The translations under genes and the position numbers were made by a program. From the NCBI GenBank assembly GCA_043802785.1, contig JAZDKR010000012.1, positions 1 to 57,067 of the forward strand: a stretch of DNA of 57,067 nt, in the 5' to 3' direction. The stretch comes from Elusimicrobiota bacterium (GTDB lineage: Bacteria; Elusimicrobiota; UBA8919). This document shows positions 36,925-46,888 of this stretch, in pieces. The notes beneath the pieces are model-generated. The model did not search any database and was not told the origin of the DNA. It was given only the letters and a program-made list of their open reading frames with translations. Numbering within the stretch: position 1 is the first letter of the stretch; every line of letters begins with the position of its first letter.

Positions 36925-39665
36925 TTTTCTTCCACAACAACTTGGGCAGCGGCAAGTTTCGCAATTGGAACTCTGAACGGTGAGCAAGAAACATAGTCCA
37001 TCTTAGCATAATGGCAGAACTTTACCGATTCCGGGTCGCCGCCGTGTTCTCCACAAATTCCAATTTCAAGATTTTTTTTGGTTTTTCTGCCTCGCTCAAT
37101 TCCGATTTTGATTAACTCCCCGATTCCTTCAAAATCAATCGTTGCAAACGGGTCGCAGGGCAGAATTTTTTTCTCTAAATAATCCGGCATAAATCCGCCT
37201 ATGTCATCTCTGGAAAAACCAAATCCCATCTGAGTTAAATCGTTCGTTCCGAATGAAAAAAATTCAGAGACCTCGGCGATTTTTCCAGCCGTCAATGCCG
37301 CTCTTGGAATTTCAATCATCGTGCCGAACAAATACGAGATTTTTTTCAAACCAAATTTTTTCAGTACTTCTTTGTAAATTCCCTCAACGATTTCTTTTTG
37401 ATTTTGTAATTCGTGAACCGTTCCAACTACAGGAATCATAATTTCCGGAATCACCTTTTTGCCTTCTTTGAGCAATTCGGCAGATGCTTCAAAAATCGCA
37501 CGAACCTGCATCTCCGTAATTTCAGGATATGTTATTCCCAGACGAACACCGCGGTGTCCCATCATCGGATTTGACTCGTGCAAAACGTTTGCCCTTTTAT
37601 TAAATTCCTCATCAGATATTCCAATTGATTCCGCAAGTTTTTTTCGTTCCTCTTCATTTTTGGGAACGAATTCGTGCAAGGGCGGATCCAAAAGACGGAT
37701 AACAACAGGAAAACCTTCCATTGCTTCTAATGTGCCCTTGATGTCGTTTTTAACAAACGGGAAAAGTTCGGAAAGTGCTTTTTTTCTTTCTTCAAGTCCA
37801 CCTGAAATTATCATCTTTCTCAGTAAAAACAGCGGCTGCTCCGAACCCTTTCCGTAAAACATATGCTCCGTCCTAAAAAGTCCAATTCCCTCAGCACCAA
37901 AAGTTCTCGCCTTTTTTGCGTCCTCCGGTGTATCGGCATTTGTTCGCACATCTAATTTTCTTATTTTGTCGCATATCTTAATAAACTCAACAAAATACGG
38001 GTTTTCCCCGGCAGCTTTTACCATCGGAAGTTGTCCGCTATAAATATAACCCCTTGAACCGTTGAGAGTTAACCAATCGCCTTCTTTTAATACGATATCG
38101 CTACCGGTTACTTTCAGCGTTTTTTCTTTGTAGTCAATGTGAAGTTCACCAGCACCGACGATACAACACTTGCCCCAACCACGAGCAACAAGTGCAGCGT
38201 GAGATGTCATTCCACCTCGCGCGGTTAAAATTGCATTTGCAGCACGCATACCTTCAACATCTTCCGGGTTTGTTTCCTCTCTGACAAGAATAACATCTTT
38301 TCCGTTTTTCTTCCAGGCAACTGCATCATTGGCAGAAAAGACAATCATTCCAGTAGCACCACCGGGTCCCGCTGGGAGCCCTTTTGCGAACGGTTTTGAC
38401 TTCGCTTCCGTTATAGGGTCAACAATAGGATGCAAAAGTTCGTCAAGTTGAGACGGTGTTACTCGCATCACTGCCACCTCTTTCGTAATCAATTTTTCCT
38501 TTACCATATCAACTGCTATTCTGATGGCAGCAGGTCCAGTTCTTTTTCCCACGCGACACTGTAACATCCAAAGTTTTCCTTCTTGAATGGTGAACTCAAT
38601 ATCCTGCATATCATGGTAGTGATTTTCAAGTTTCTTCTGAAATGCATGAAGTTGTTTATATAATTCCGGCATTGCCGTTTCAAGTGACTGAAACTTTTTG
38701 TTCTGCTCGGTTTTTCCCTGCTCGTTTATCGGATTCGGAGTTCTGATACCAGCGACAACATCCTCGCCCTGTGCATTTACAAGCCACTCACCGTAGAAAA
38801 CCTTTTCACCAGTTGCAGGATTTCTTGTAAAGGCAACACCAGTCGCGGAAGTATTACCCATATTTCCGAAAACCATCGCTTGAACACTTACAGCGGTTCC
38901 CCATTCATCGGGAATACTTTCTATCCGACGGTAAGAAATCGCTCTTTTTCCCTGCCACGACTGAAACACAGCACCAATTCCACCCCACAACTGTTCCATC
39001 GGATTTTCAGGAAATTCCTTGCCCAAAACCTCTTTCACTTTTAATTTATAAATTTCAATAAGTTCTTTTAAGTCATCTGCGGTTAAATCCGTGTCCTGCT
39101 TGGCACCTTTTTTCACTTTCATCTTATGGAGTTCCTTCTCAAGTTGCTGACGAACACCACAGCCCTCTTTCGGCTCTTCCAGAGAGCCTACTTTTGGTTC
39201 AATTCCTGCTGCTTTTTCCATGACAACATCCGAATACATCTGTATCAGACGACGATGTGCATCATAGACAAACCTCGGATTACCTGTCTTTTTGATAAGT
39301 GCTTCACGGGTCTCGTTGTTAAGCCCGACATTTAAGACGGTTTCCATCATCCCTGGCATTGAACGGCGGGCACCACTTCGGACTGAAACCAAGAGCGGAT
39401 TTTCCTTGTCACCAAATTTACAATCCATCAATTTTTCAACTTTGACAAGTGCTGCCTCAACCTGCTTTGATAACTCAGGCGGATATTTTTTCTTACTTTT
39501 ATAATATGCCGTGCAAACATCTGTCGTTATTGTAAATCCGGCGGGAACAGGAAGCCCTATCTTTACCATCTCGGCAAGATTTGCACCCTTGCCCCCCAAA
39601 AGATTTTTCATCTTTTCATTTCCATCCGCATGCCCTTTGCCAAAAAAATACACATACTTTGCCAT
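36921..39665 (-). CDS. ppdK: Pyruvate, phosphate dikinase
   Basis: LGGKGANL, SVRSGA, GGMTSHAA phospho-His, SFGTNDLTQ, CGEHGG. Confidence 0.98.
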   Translation of the reverse strand: MAKYVYFFGKGHADGNEKMKNLLGGKGANLAEMVKIGLPVPAGFTITTDVCTAYYKSKKKYPPELSKQVEAALVKVEKLMDCKFGDKENPLLVSVRSGARRSMPGMMETVLNVGLNNETREALIKKTGNPRFVYDAHRRLIQMYSDVVMEKAAGIEPKVGSLEEPKEGCGVRQQLEKELHKMKVKKGAKQDTDLTADDLKELIEIYKLKVKEVLGKEFPENPMEQLWGGIGAVFQSWQGKRAISYRRIESIPDEWGTAVSVQAMVFGNMGNTSATGVAFTRNPATGEKVFYGEWLVNAQGEDVVAGIRTPNPINEQGKTEQNKKFQSLETAMPELYKQLHAFQKKLENHYHDMQDIEFTIQEGKLWMLQCRVGKRTGPAAIRIAVDMVKEKLITKEVAVMRVTPSQLDELLHPIVDPITEAKSKPFAKGLPAGPGGATGMIVFSANDAVAWKKNGKDVILVREETNPEDVEGMRAANAILTARGGMTSHAALVARGWGKCCIVGAGELHIDYKEKTLKVTGSDIVLKEGDWLTLNGSRGYIYSGQLPMVKAAGENPYFVEFIKICDKIRKLDVRTNADTPEDAKKARTFGAEGIGLFRTEHMFYGKGSEQPLFLLRKMIISGGLEERKKALSELFPFVKNDIKGTLEAMEGFPVVIRLLDPPLHEFVPKNEEERKKLAESIGISDEEFNKRANVLHESNPMMGHRGVRLGITYPEITEMQVRAIFEASAELLKEGKKVIPEIMIPVVGTVHELQNQKEIVEGIYKEVLKKFGLKKISYLFGTMIEIPRAALTAGKIAEVSEFFSFGTNDLTQMGFGFSRDDIGGFMPDYLEKKILPCDPFATIDFEGIGELIKIGIERGRKTKKNLEIGICGEHGGDPESVKFCHYAKMDYVSCSPFRVPIAKLAAAQVVVEEK

Positions 39666-39745
39666 TTTACTCTACCTCCCAAGCAGTTGCCAGTTGCCAG
39701 TTACGAACAAGCCCCTCTGTAGTTGATGACTTTCTTAACAACCTC

Positions 39746-39774
39746 AATATAGTAAAAATAAAAGAATTTGTCAA
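39746..39774 (-). promoter_or_regulatory. Probable ppdK promoter
   Basis: TTGACA-17-TATATT. Confidence 0.7.
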
Positions 39775-39775
39775 C

Positions 39776-39817
39776 AAAAAAAAGGGACGCTTCCAAAAAT
39801 AGAAGCATCCCTTTTTT
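39776..39817 (-). terminator. Rho-independent terminator (bidirectional shape)
   Basis: A-tract-GGGACGCTTC-loop-GAAGCATCCC-T-tract. Confidence 0.8.
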
Positions 39818-39846
39818 CCCTTTTTTTCTCTTTTTCCTTCCGTCAA

Positions 39847-39945
39847 CTACCTTTTTTTCCCTTTAGATAATATTGTCGGAAGTGTAAAAATGATAAGAAA
39901 AATCATCGCTGATAGGAGTAAAGCCACTGCCGTATAAGGATACAT
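39847..39945 (-). CDS. 32-aa single-TM small protein
   Basis: AAGGAG RBS; MYPYTAVALLLSAMIFLIIFTLPTILSKGKKR; followed by the terminator. Confidence 0.55.
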   Translation of the reverse strand: MYPYTAVALLLSAMIFLIIFTLPTILSKGKKR

Positions 39946-40041
39946 TTTACTCTCCTTTTTTGTGTTTACTTAGTTTCTGTTGAAAAACTAACAGAAACTA
40001 TAATTACCATTCTTGTTGATGACTTTTTCAACAAGAACTAC

Positions 40042-42321
40042 TTATGGATTTACCGAAATCTTTTGCGATTGCCCATCCTGACCTGTAAGACGATATAATG
40101 CATCTAGTTGCTTACGAACATCAAAACCATAATAAAGGTATGTCTCATACTCATCAATAGCACTATCCCACATTTTATTCTCAATAAAGACGGATAAAAG
40201 AGAACCTTCCTTCCAGTTTCTTTTTTCAAGTTCTTCAAGAATATTCAGAGATTCATTCTTACCTTTTTCTCTAAGAATACTATAAAGATATGTCCCCTCG
40301 TCAAAATATTCCAATTTAACAAAGTCCTTCCAAAAATCATCAAGAATCTTTCTTTCCCTTTCACCACAGTAAAGTGTTTTATATGAAGAATTGACCCTCA
40401 TTGCTTCCCTGTAGTTAATTAGCAAGTGGGTAATTTTGTTTTTATCAAGTACGCTGCGAAATTCCGAAACATCTTTTGATTCTTTCAGATATTCAATCAG
40501 CGGATGGAGATTTTGTTCCACACAGTAAGAAATGTAATCTCTCTGAGTATAATATGATTTACTATCCCCCACGAATAAAACCTTGGCATCTTGCGGTAAA
40601 TTCTTATTCAGCCATTTTATTGCACTATATGACGGGTGAGGATAGATCGGTTGTGTCCTTGAGAGCAATTCATCCTTTGTCTCTTTTCCCGTTATATATC
40701 CATATGAATGACCTGCATCCGCTATACCAGCTACTACAAACAAATTTGTTATTAGAAAAATTAGAAAAGCCCAGATTAAAATGAAAATACGTTGTGTGAC
40801 AAATGTCATTGCCCATCCTACAACGACCGATAAACATATAAGGGACGGCAATAGATATCTATACAAAGGGGCTCCCGCAAACCAAAAAATATATGATGCC
40901 GCAAAACATATAAACATATAAATAATTTCCTGCTTATATGGCCTAATAATAAAAATCAAAGGAAAGAACAGCAAAAAAAGCGGACCGACAAAAGTAGATG
41001 AATCATTCCCTTCCATAACCTTTGTCCATGGTGAAATTAAAAATTCTTTTAATCCAAAATTAAATATGTTGAGCGGGCCTGCCACTATTTTCCCGCCACC
41101 GCCAAAATTTTTCAGATTCTGTTCTCCAAAAATACCATACAAAAATGGATGAACAGGATTTTTTGTAAACGCATAATTTTTTGCCAACCATGGAATAATA
41201 AACATAAAAACTATTAAACCAAAAATCAAAATTTTTTTCATTGCATCTTTGAACGGATAATACCTTAAAAGCATAACCGATAAGGCAACACCTAAACCAG
41301 CTATTGAACTTATTACAGTATATTTCGTACTAAGAGTAACTCCTGCAAATATACCACATAACACAAAATAACTTTTTTCTTTTTCTTTCAACCAGTTGAC
41401 AAATGAAAAAAAACTCAAAGCAAAGAAAAACGATAAACCAATATCGTTCCCGCATGTCCATGAATTCATTGAAACTATCGGTATGGAATAAAACAATGCG
41501 GCAGATATTATGCCTGTTTTGGCAGAGTAAAGACGTTTCGTATTGGCATATATTAAAAGTAATGTAAAAATTCCTGTGCTGAAATGTATGATTTTTGCCA
41601 AAGATTCCGAGTCCAGACACAATGCAAGTTGGTAAATCATTGACAAATTTAACGGATAATTTGAAGGTGCAAGAAATTCCATCGGGACAATTTTGTGTTT
41701 AATCAAATAGAAATTCGGGCATGCAAGATGATACACTAATGAATCGTAGAATATCTCGGGCATCAAAGACATTATCCCATTCAACAATACGAATAAAATC
41801 GTCGTGAATAGTATAAGCCACCAGGCAAATCCTATATTCTTAGGAATATCCTCTTTTACCGACGGCAGTTTTATTTTCCATACAGAGATAATGGTGAGTG
41901 CAATAACTACCAGACGAATAGGTGTTTTATACAATAATCCTAATATGCCGGTTGCAAACATAATATAGGCAATTAAACAAAAACCAACACCCGTACAAAA
42001 AATTATATATTCCAGCCCGTTTATTTTAATTTTTAGCCAGTTAATAATCTTTTGTCCTGCTCTGTATGAAATCACAAGCAAGGCGGAAAACCAAAAAATA
42101 CTTATCATCTTACTAAAAAATATTCTTATTAAACCCCATATCACGGATAAACTATCCGGCATATTTACAAACGGCAAAGAAACGCGATGCTTCGGGAAGT
42201 AATGTATTGTCACCACATAGAACCACAAAGATATTAATACAACCGAAAGCCATATCGGAATATTAAATTTTATAGCATCAACATCCTGTATTTTAACTTT
42301 TTTTCTTTTTTGTGATGTCAT
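40042..42321 (-). CDS. GT-C (PMT/ArnT-like) polytopic glycosyltransferase
   Basis: Many TM segments; PEIFYDSLVYHL and PWLAKNY....NPVHP motifs shared with the neighbour. Confidence 0.78.
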   Translation of the reverse strand: MTSQKRKKVKIQDVDAIKFNIPIWLSVVLISLWFYVVTIHYFPKHRVSLPFVNMPDSLSVIWGLIRIFFSKMISIFWFSALLVISYRAGQKIINWLKIKINGLEYIIFCTGVGFCLIAYIMFATGILGLLYKTPIRLVVIALTIISVWKIKLPSVKEDIPKNIGFAWWLILFTTILFVLLNGIMSLMPEIFYDSLVYHLACPNFYLIKHKIVPMEFLAPSNYPLNLSMIYQLALCLDSESLAKIIHFSTGIFTLLLIYANTKRLYSAKTGIISAALFYSIPIVSMNSWTCGNDIGLSFFFALSFFSFVNWLKEKEKSYFVLCGIFAGVTLSTKYTVISSIAGLGVALSVMLLRYYPFKDAMKKILIFGLIVFMFIIPWLAKNYAFTKNPVHPFLYGIFGEQNLKNFGGGGKIVAGPLNIFNFGLKEFLISPWTKVMEGNDSSTFVGPLFLLFFPLIFIIRPYKQEIIYMFICFAASYIFWFAGAPLYRYLLPSLICLSVVVGWAMTFVTQRIFILIWAFLIFLITNLFVVAGIADAGHSYGYITGKETKDELLSRTQPIYPHPSYSAIKWLNKNLPQDAKVLFVGDSKSYYTQRDYISYCVEQNLHPLIEYLKESKDVSEFRSVLDKNKITHLLINYREAMRVNSSYKTLYCGERERKILDDFWKDFVKLEYFDEGTYLYSILREKGKNESLNILEELEKRNWKEGSLLSVFIENKMWDSAIDEYETYLYYGFDVRKQLDALYRLTGQDGQSQKISVNP

Positions 42322-42330
42322 TTTTTTATA

Positions 42331-44427
42331 TTAAAGACGATTCTTTAGCACTATTTCTGTCATCATATTAAGTGGTGAAGTATGTAAAGTTAATGCATCT
42401 TTTTCCGACAGAATTTCATAAACCACAATTCTGTTTGTCGCTTCGTCACAAAAAATTTCTTTTACATATTTTTCCCAGAAATCATTAAATACGGCTATTG
42501 ATTTTTTATCCCATTGAAACATTCCATAACTTTCGCTCAACCGAATGGCTTCTCTAAGGTTAAAATAAATATGGGTTATACCTTCCGACTGAATTTGTTG
42601 ATAAAGTTCCTTACCTGAAGCGGATTTTTTAGACCATTCCACAATCGGTGTTAAATCATGGGCGGACGATACTACAGGAGTTCGTTCAAAATAAAAACTT
42701 CTTCCATCCCCGATAAATAAAATTTTTGCGTTCTGCGGTAAATTTTTATTAACAAATTCTGCAGCAGTATAATAACCGCAGGCGGGTGTACTACTTAGAT
42801 AACTTTCTTTAGATTCCTTACCAAAGACCACTTTCCAACCACCACGATTATAGCATATCCAACCGGTTAAATAAATACTTATCATACAAGCGGATAGCAC
42901 AACAAATAATAAAAATTTATTTAATATTTTCCCGGAATTATTTTGGGTTAGATATACCGCAATTATTAGCCCACCGACGGGAAAGGCGGGCATCATAAAT
43001 CTTATCATTGTTGTTGAAAATGACCAACTTAACCAGATTACTATGAAATAAATAATTCCGAATTTTAAGAACGGCGGAGGACGACCTAGCAAAAAAAGTA
43101 TCGGGAGAAAATACAGGAAAAGCGGAGTAAAGTAATCTGAATTAGCAATTTTTCCCATCGTTATATCCCAGGGATGTTTTAGCCAATTGATAATCTTAAA
43201 CCGGTCAAACTGTTTCGCTTCAGCAATAAAACCAGCAAGTTTATTATAGTCAGAATCCTTGTCTTTTGGAAATATATTACTCAAATAAGGATATACGGGA
43301 TTTTTTTTGTAAACATAATTTTTTATAAGCCATGGAGATACAACAACCGCCGAAACAAGTCCGAATAAAATCATATTCTTAATATTTTTTAGAGAAAAAA
43401 CTCCTTCAATAATTAAAAAGGAAATGATAATTCCGAGCATTACAAAAAAACCGGTATACTTCACCGACATTGACAACCCGGAAAATACGGCAGAAAGAAT
43501 GAGCCACTTTTTTTCATTGGCCGCATAATTCATAATAGAATAAAGGGCGAGCATTCCAAAAAACGCAAGGAGCATTTCAGTGCCACAAGCCCATGAATGT
43601 CTCATAACTTGCGAAATTGTGTAAAAAATGAGGACAGCCCAAATACCAACCCTTAATCTAAAATACCGAATTGAAATTGATATTATGGCAAGACAGCAAA
43701 GAAGTCCTGCGGAAAAATTTATCAACTTAGAAACAATCTCATTTTTTATCAGAAGTCCTGCTGTAAAAAGCATGCTTGCTACTGCCGGCAGGTTTGAGAG
43801 AAATACAAACGGCATATTAACGATTTTATGGTGAATTTTATAAAAGTTGGTAACTCCCAGATGATACACAAGTGAATCATAAAAAATCTCAGGACTTAAA
43901 GCGCCTGTCAAATTTATCAATACTGTAATTCCAAGAACCACCAAAACCAGAATATCAAATACCGATAATTTCTCGCTCGGAAAACCGATTTTCGGCGAAT
44001 TTTTCTTAAAATTGACAACACCCAATACCGAAAATATAATAACTACAAAATATATCACGGAACTATAAAGTAGTCCGAGGACACCGAGAAAAAATATTAA
44101 ATATGCTATAATTCCAAGACCCAAACCAACAGAAAAAACAATTTCTTCAAGAAAATTAAAAAATAAGAGACCTACCCGTAATAAAATCCATCGCCCGATG
44201 GCGAAGGCAGAAAACAAAAAAAATCCTGCCAAAAAAATATTAAACAAATGCTTAAAAATCAAAAAATTCTCAAAATTAAAAATACCGAGATACTGGTCAA
44301 ACGAAAGCATAATTCCCAGATTATCAAAATTCGGACTAAATATGGAATAGTAGTTTTGCAGAACGATAAATCCCCAGATGCAGACAACTACCCATATCAG
44401 CCAATCGGGAAAAAACTTTTTTTGCAT
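42331..44427 (-). CDS. GT-C (PMT/ArnT-like) polytopic glycosyltransferase, paralogue
   Basis: PEIFYDSLVYHL, KYTG, PWLIKNY....NPVYP. Confidence 0.78.
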   Translation of the reverse strand: MQKKFFPDWLIWVVVCIWGFIVLQNYYSIFSPNFDNLGIMLSFDQYLGIFNFENFLIFKHLFNIFLAGFFLFSAFAIGRWILLRVGLLFFNFLEEIVFSVGLGLGIIAYLIFFLGVLGLLYSSVIYFVVIIFSVLGVVNFKKNSPKIGFPSEKLSVFDILVLVVLGITVLINLTGALSPEIFYDSLVYHLGVTNFYKIHHKIVNMPFVFLSNLPAVASMLFTAGLLIKNEIVSKLINFSAGLLCCLAIISISIRYFRLRVGIWAVLIFYTISQVMRHSWACGTEMLLAFFGMLALYSIMNYAANEKKWLILSAVFSGLSMSVKYTGFFVMLGIIISFLIIEGVFSLKNIKNMILFGLVSAVVVSPWLIKNYVYKKNPVYPYLSNIFPKDKDSDYNKLAGFIAEAKQFDRFKIINWLKHPWDITMGKIANSDYFTPLFLYFLPILFLLGRPPPFLKFGIIYFIVIWLSWSFSTTMIRFMMPAFPVGGLIIAVYLTQNNSGKILNKFLLFVVLSACMISIYLTGWICYNRGGWKVVFGKESKESYLSSTPACGYYTAAEFVNKNLPQNAKILFIGDGRSFYFERTPVVSSAHDLTPIVEWSKKSASGKELYQQIQSEGITHIYFNLREAIRLSESYGMFQWDKKSIAVFNDFWEKYVKEIFCDEATNRIVVYEILSEKDALTLHTSPLNMMTEIVLKNRL

Positions 44428-44473
44428 ATATATCCTACAAATCCGCCGTGGCGGACTCCTACGGAGCTAACAG

Positions 44474-44553
44474 CAGAGATTAAAAGATTAGGAAATTGGG
44501 AAATTAGGGTTTTGACCTTTCCTAATATCCTAATCTCCATTTTCCTAATCTCT
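44474..44553. repeat. GAGATTRGG/CCTAATCTC palindromic element (complete copy)
   Basis: 9-mer periodic arms in inverted orientation; homologous to 33304-33391, 49020-49085 and 3124-3176. Confidence 0.85.
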
Positions 44554-44583
44554 ATTCTTCATTGTTCTATTAACAGGTCGCCC

Positions 44584-46017
44584 TTAACGAGATTGTTTGC
44601 TCCTCCGTCCCTGTTTCATTAGTATTGCCGATAAAGTTGAAAACCCAACTTTTATATCCGACAAATTTCTTATTTTGAAAACTCTTTTCAGTAAATAATT
44701 GGGTCGCCAATAAAATTTTCTGTATGCCATGTTGTAATATTCTTTAATTTCTTTCACACTGACCGTCGGTAAGTTCATTATCGGTCTTGATAAATCATAA
44801 TCGTCCCAATTTTCTGTGATTAAAATTCCTTTTTCTTTCGCCCAATTAAACATCTCGCTTCCAGGATAAGGAGTTGTTATATTAAAAATAGCGACATCTG
44901 GCGCCAACTGTATAGCATAATCAATGGTTTTTTGCATCGTCTCTTTTGTTTCACCCGGATTGCCGAGCATAAATGCCGCACGGACATCCATTCCTGTTTT
45001 TTTTGTTATGTTGATTATTTCCTTAACCTTTTCAAGAGAAATTTTTTTATGAATATTTTTCAGTATCTCCTCGTCACCGGATTCAATTCCGTACATTATC
45101 TGATGGCAACCTGCCTCTTTCATTGCCCTCAACAATTCTTCGTCCACAAAGTCCACCCTCGCGAAACAAGACCATGAGACACTCATTTTCTCTGTGATAA
45201 TTTTTTTGCACAAGTTTTTTACATTTTCTTTTTTTGTGGTAAAGACATCGTCGTAAAAACTAATCTCTTTTATTCCATATCTGTCCTGAAGCAAAAACAT
45301 TTCTTCAAAAATCTTTTCGGCAGAGCGATTTCTAACCTGTTGCCCAAGATAACTACCGAGACAAAATGTGCATCTTCCGGGGCACCCCCGGGTTGTCATC
45401 ATTCCCATCGCAGGAAGTTTTTTGTAACTTCCCCTCGCAGGAAAATATTTTTCCATTGGAAGTAAATGATATGCGGGAAACGGCAAAGTATTTATATCGG
45501 AAATTACGGCTCGCTCTGAATTATGAATAATATTTTTGTCTTCTTTATACGAAAGCCCTGTGATTTTTTTTCTGTCCACTCCGGATATAAGTTCTCTGAA
45601 TGTTTCCTCACCTTCGCCTCTGATTACAAAATCAACGGATTCTTCTTTCAATACATCCTCTGCCATAACAGACGGATGAACTCCGCCTAAAACTATTTTT
45701 GTATTGCCTTGGCGAGAAAAAATATCTTTTGCTATTTTTGAGACAATTAAAGAGGACGAAATAGTGGGTGTCGCGGCAGTTATACCTATGTATTCAGGGG
45801 TATTTTTCTGTTTTGCGGACCCAGTGCTTCGCAACATCTGATCAATTTCTTTATATGAAAGTTTAAGGGCATCCGCATCAATTATTTCAACACTGACATC
45901 GCTTTTTTCCAAATATGCCGCGATGAATGCTAATCCAAAAGGAGGCATGCAACTTGCCACATCCCGCCAGATGCCGCCTTTCGTTATCCACGGTGGATTG
46001 ATAAGTAAAACATTCAT
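44584..46017 (-). CDS. B12-binding radical SAM protein (class B methyltransferase-like)
   Basis: N-terminal cobalamin domain (PPFGLA, GGVHPS, RGEGE); TRGCPGRCTFC; GIESG. Confidence 0.92.
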   Translation of the reverse strand: MNVLLINPPWITKGGIWRDVASCMPPFGLAFIAAYLEKSDVSVEIIDADALKLSYKEIDQMLRSTGSAKQKNTPEYIGITAATPTISSSLIVSKIAKDIFSRQGNTKIVLGGVHPSVMAEDVLKEESVDFVIRGEGEETFRELISGVDRKKITGLSYKEDKNIIHNSERAVISDINTLPFPAYHLLPMEKYFPARGSYKKLPAMGMMTTRGCPGRCTFCLGSYLGQQVRNRSAEKIFEEMFLLQDRYGIKEISFYDDVFTTKKENVKNLCKKIITEKMSVSWSCFARVDFVDEELLRAMKEAGCHQIMYGIESGDEEILKNIHKKISLEKVKEIINITKKTGMDVRAAFMLGNPGETKETMQKTIDYAIQLAPDVAIFNITTPYPGSEMFNWAKEKGILITENWDDYDLSRPIMNLPTVSVKEIKEYYNMAYRKFYWRPNYLLKRVFKIRNLSDIKVGFSTLSAILMKQGRRSKQSR

Positions 46018-46709
46018 TAATTTGTAAATCTGTATTTAATCAAAGTTATCAGTGCCGTAACACCATCACGCCAGCCGATTTTTTTCCCTTCTTTGTATGT
46101 TCTACTTTGATAAGAAATCGGCATTTCGTATATCGAAATTTTTTTTTTAAGAATTTTTGCTGTTACCTCCGGTTCAAATTCAAACCTGTTCGCCGTTAAG
46201 TTTAATGACAATATAACATCGCTTCTAAAAACTTTATAGCATGTTTCCATGTCCGTTATATTTGCTCTGTAAATAAAATTAGTAAAAAAATTCAACAACT
46301 TATTGCCAAGATAGTGATGCACAAAACTTTTTTCTTTCAACTGTAAAAATCTTGAACCATAGACAACCGACGATTTTCCTTCAATTATGGGAACTATAAG
46401 CTTTCTAATTTCTTCCGGATTGTATTCCAAATCCGCATCCTGAATTGTGACAATTTCACCGGTTACATATAATAATGCGGTTCTTATCGCAGCCCCTTTC
46501 CCCTGATTTTTTTCATGCAATACAATTTGCAATTTGCAATTTGCAATTTGCAATTTATTCAGTATCTCCCTTGTTCCATCAGTAGAATAATCGTCAACAA
46601 TGATAATTTCTCGGGGAGAAAGAGAAAGCACTTTTTCAACCACCTTTTCAATCGTGGCTTTTTCGTTAAACACCGGCATAATTATTGAAACTTTTTCTAA
46701 ATTATTCAT
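46017..46709 (-). CDS. GT2 polyprenol-phosphate glycosyltransferase (DPM-synthase-like)
   Basis: PVFNE, VDDYSTDGT, QDADLEY, TDMETCYK. Confidence 0.93.
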   Translation of the reverse strand: MNNLEKVSIIMPVFNEKATIEKVVEKVLSLSPREIIIVDDYSTDGTREILNKLQIANCKLQIVLHEKNQGKGAAIRTALLYVTGEIVTIQDADLEYNPEEIRKLIVPIIEGKSSVVYGSRFLQLKEKSFVHHYLGNKLLNFFTNFIYRANITDMETCYKVFRSDVILSLNLTANRFEFEPEVTAKILKKKISIYEMPISYQSRTYKEGKKIGWRDGVTALITLIKYRFTN

Positions 46710-46888
46710 AAAAAGTACTCACCACGAAGACACGAAAACACGCCTGCCTGCCGTCAGGCAGGGGTGCAACATGCATTTCCTATTAACAGGTCAGCCCTAA
46801 CGGGCTTTACAACTTTACAAACTTTTTACTACAATAATTTCACCCCTTTCGGGGTTAGTGGAATAGTAAAATGGGACGCCACAGATTA

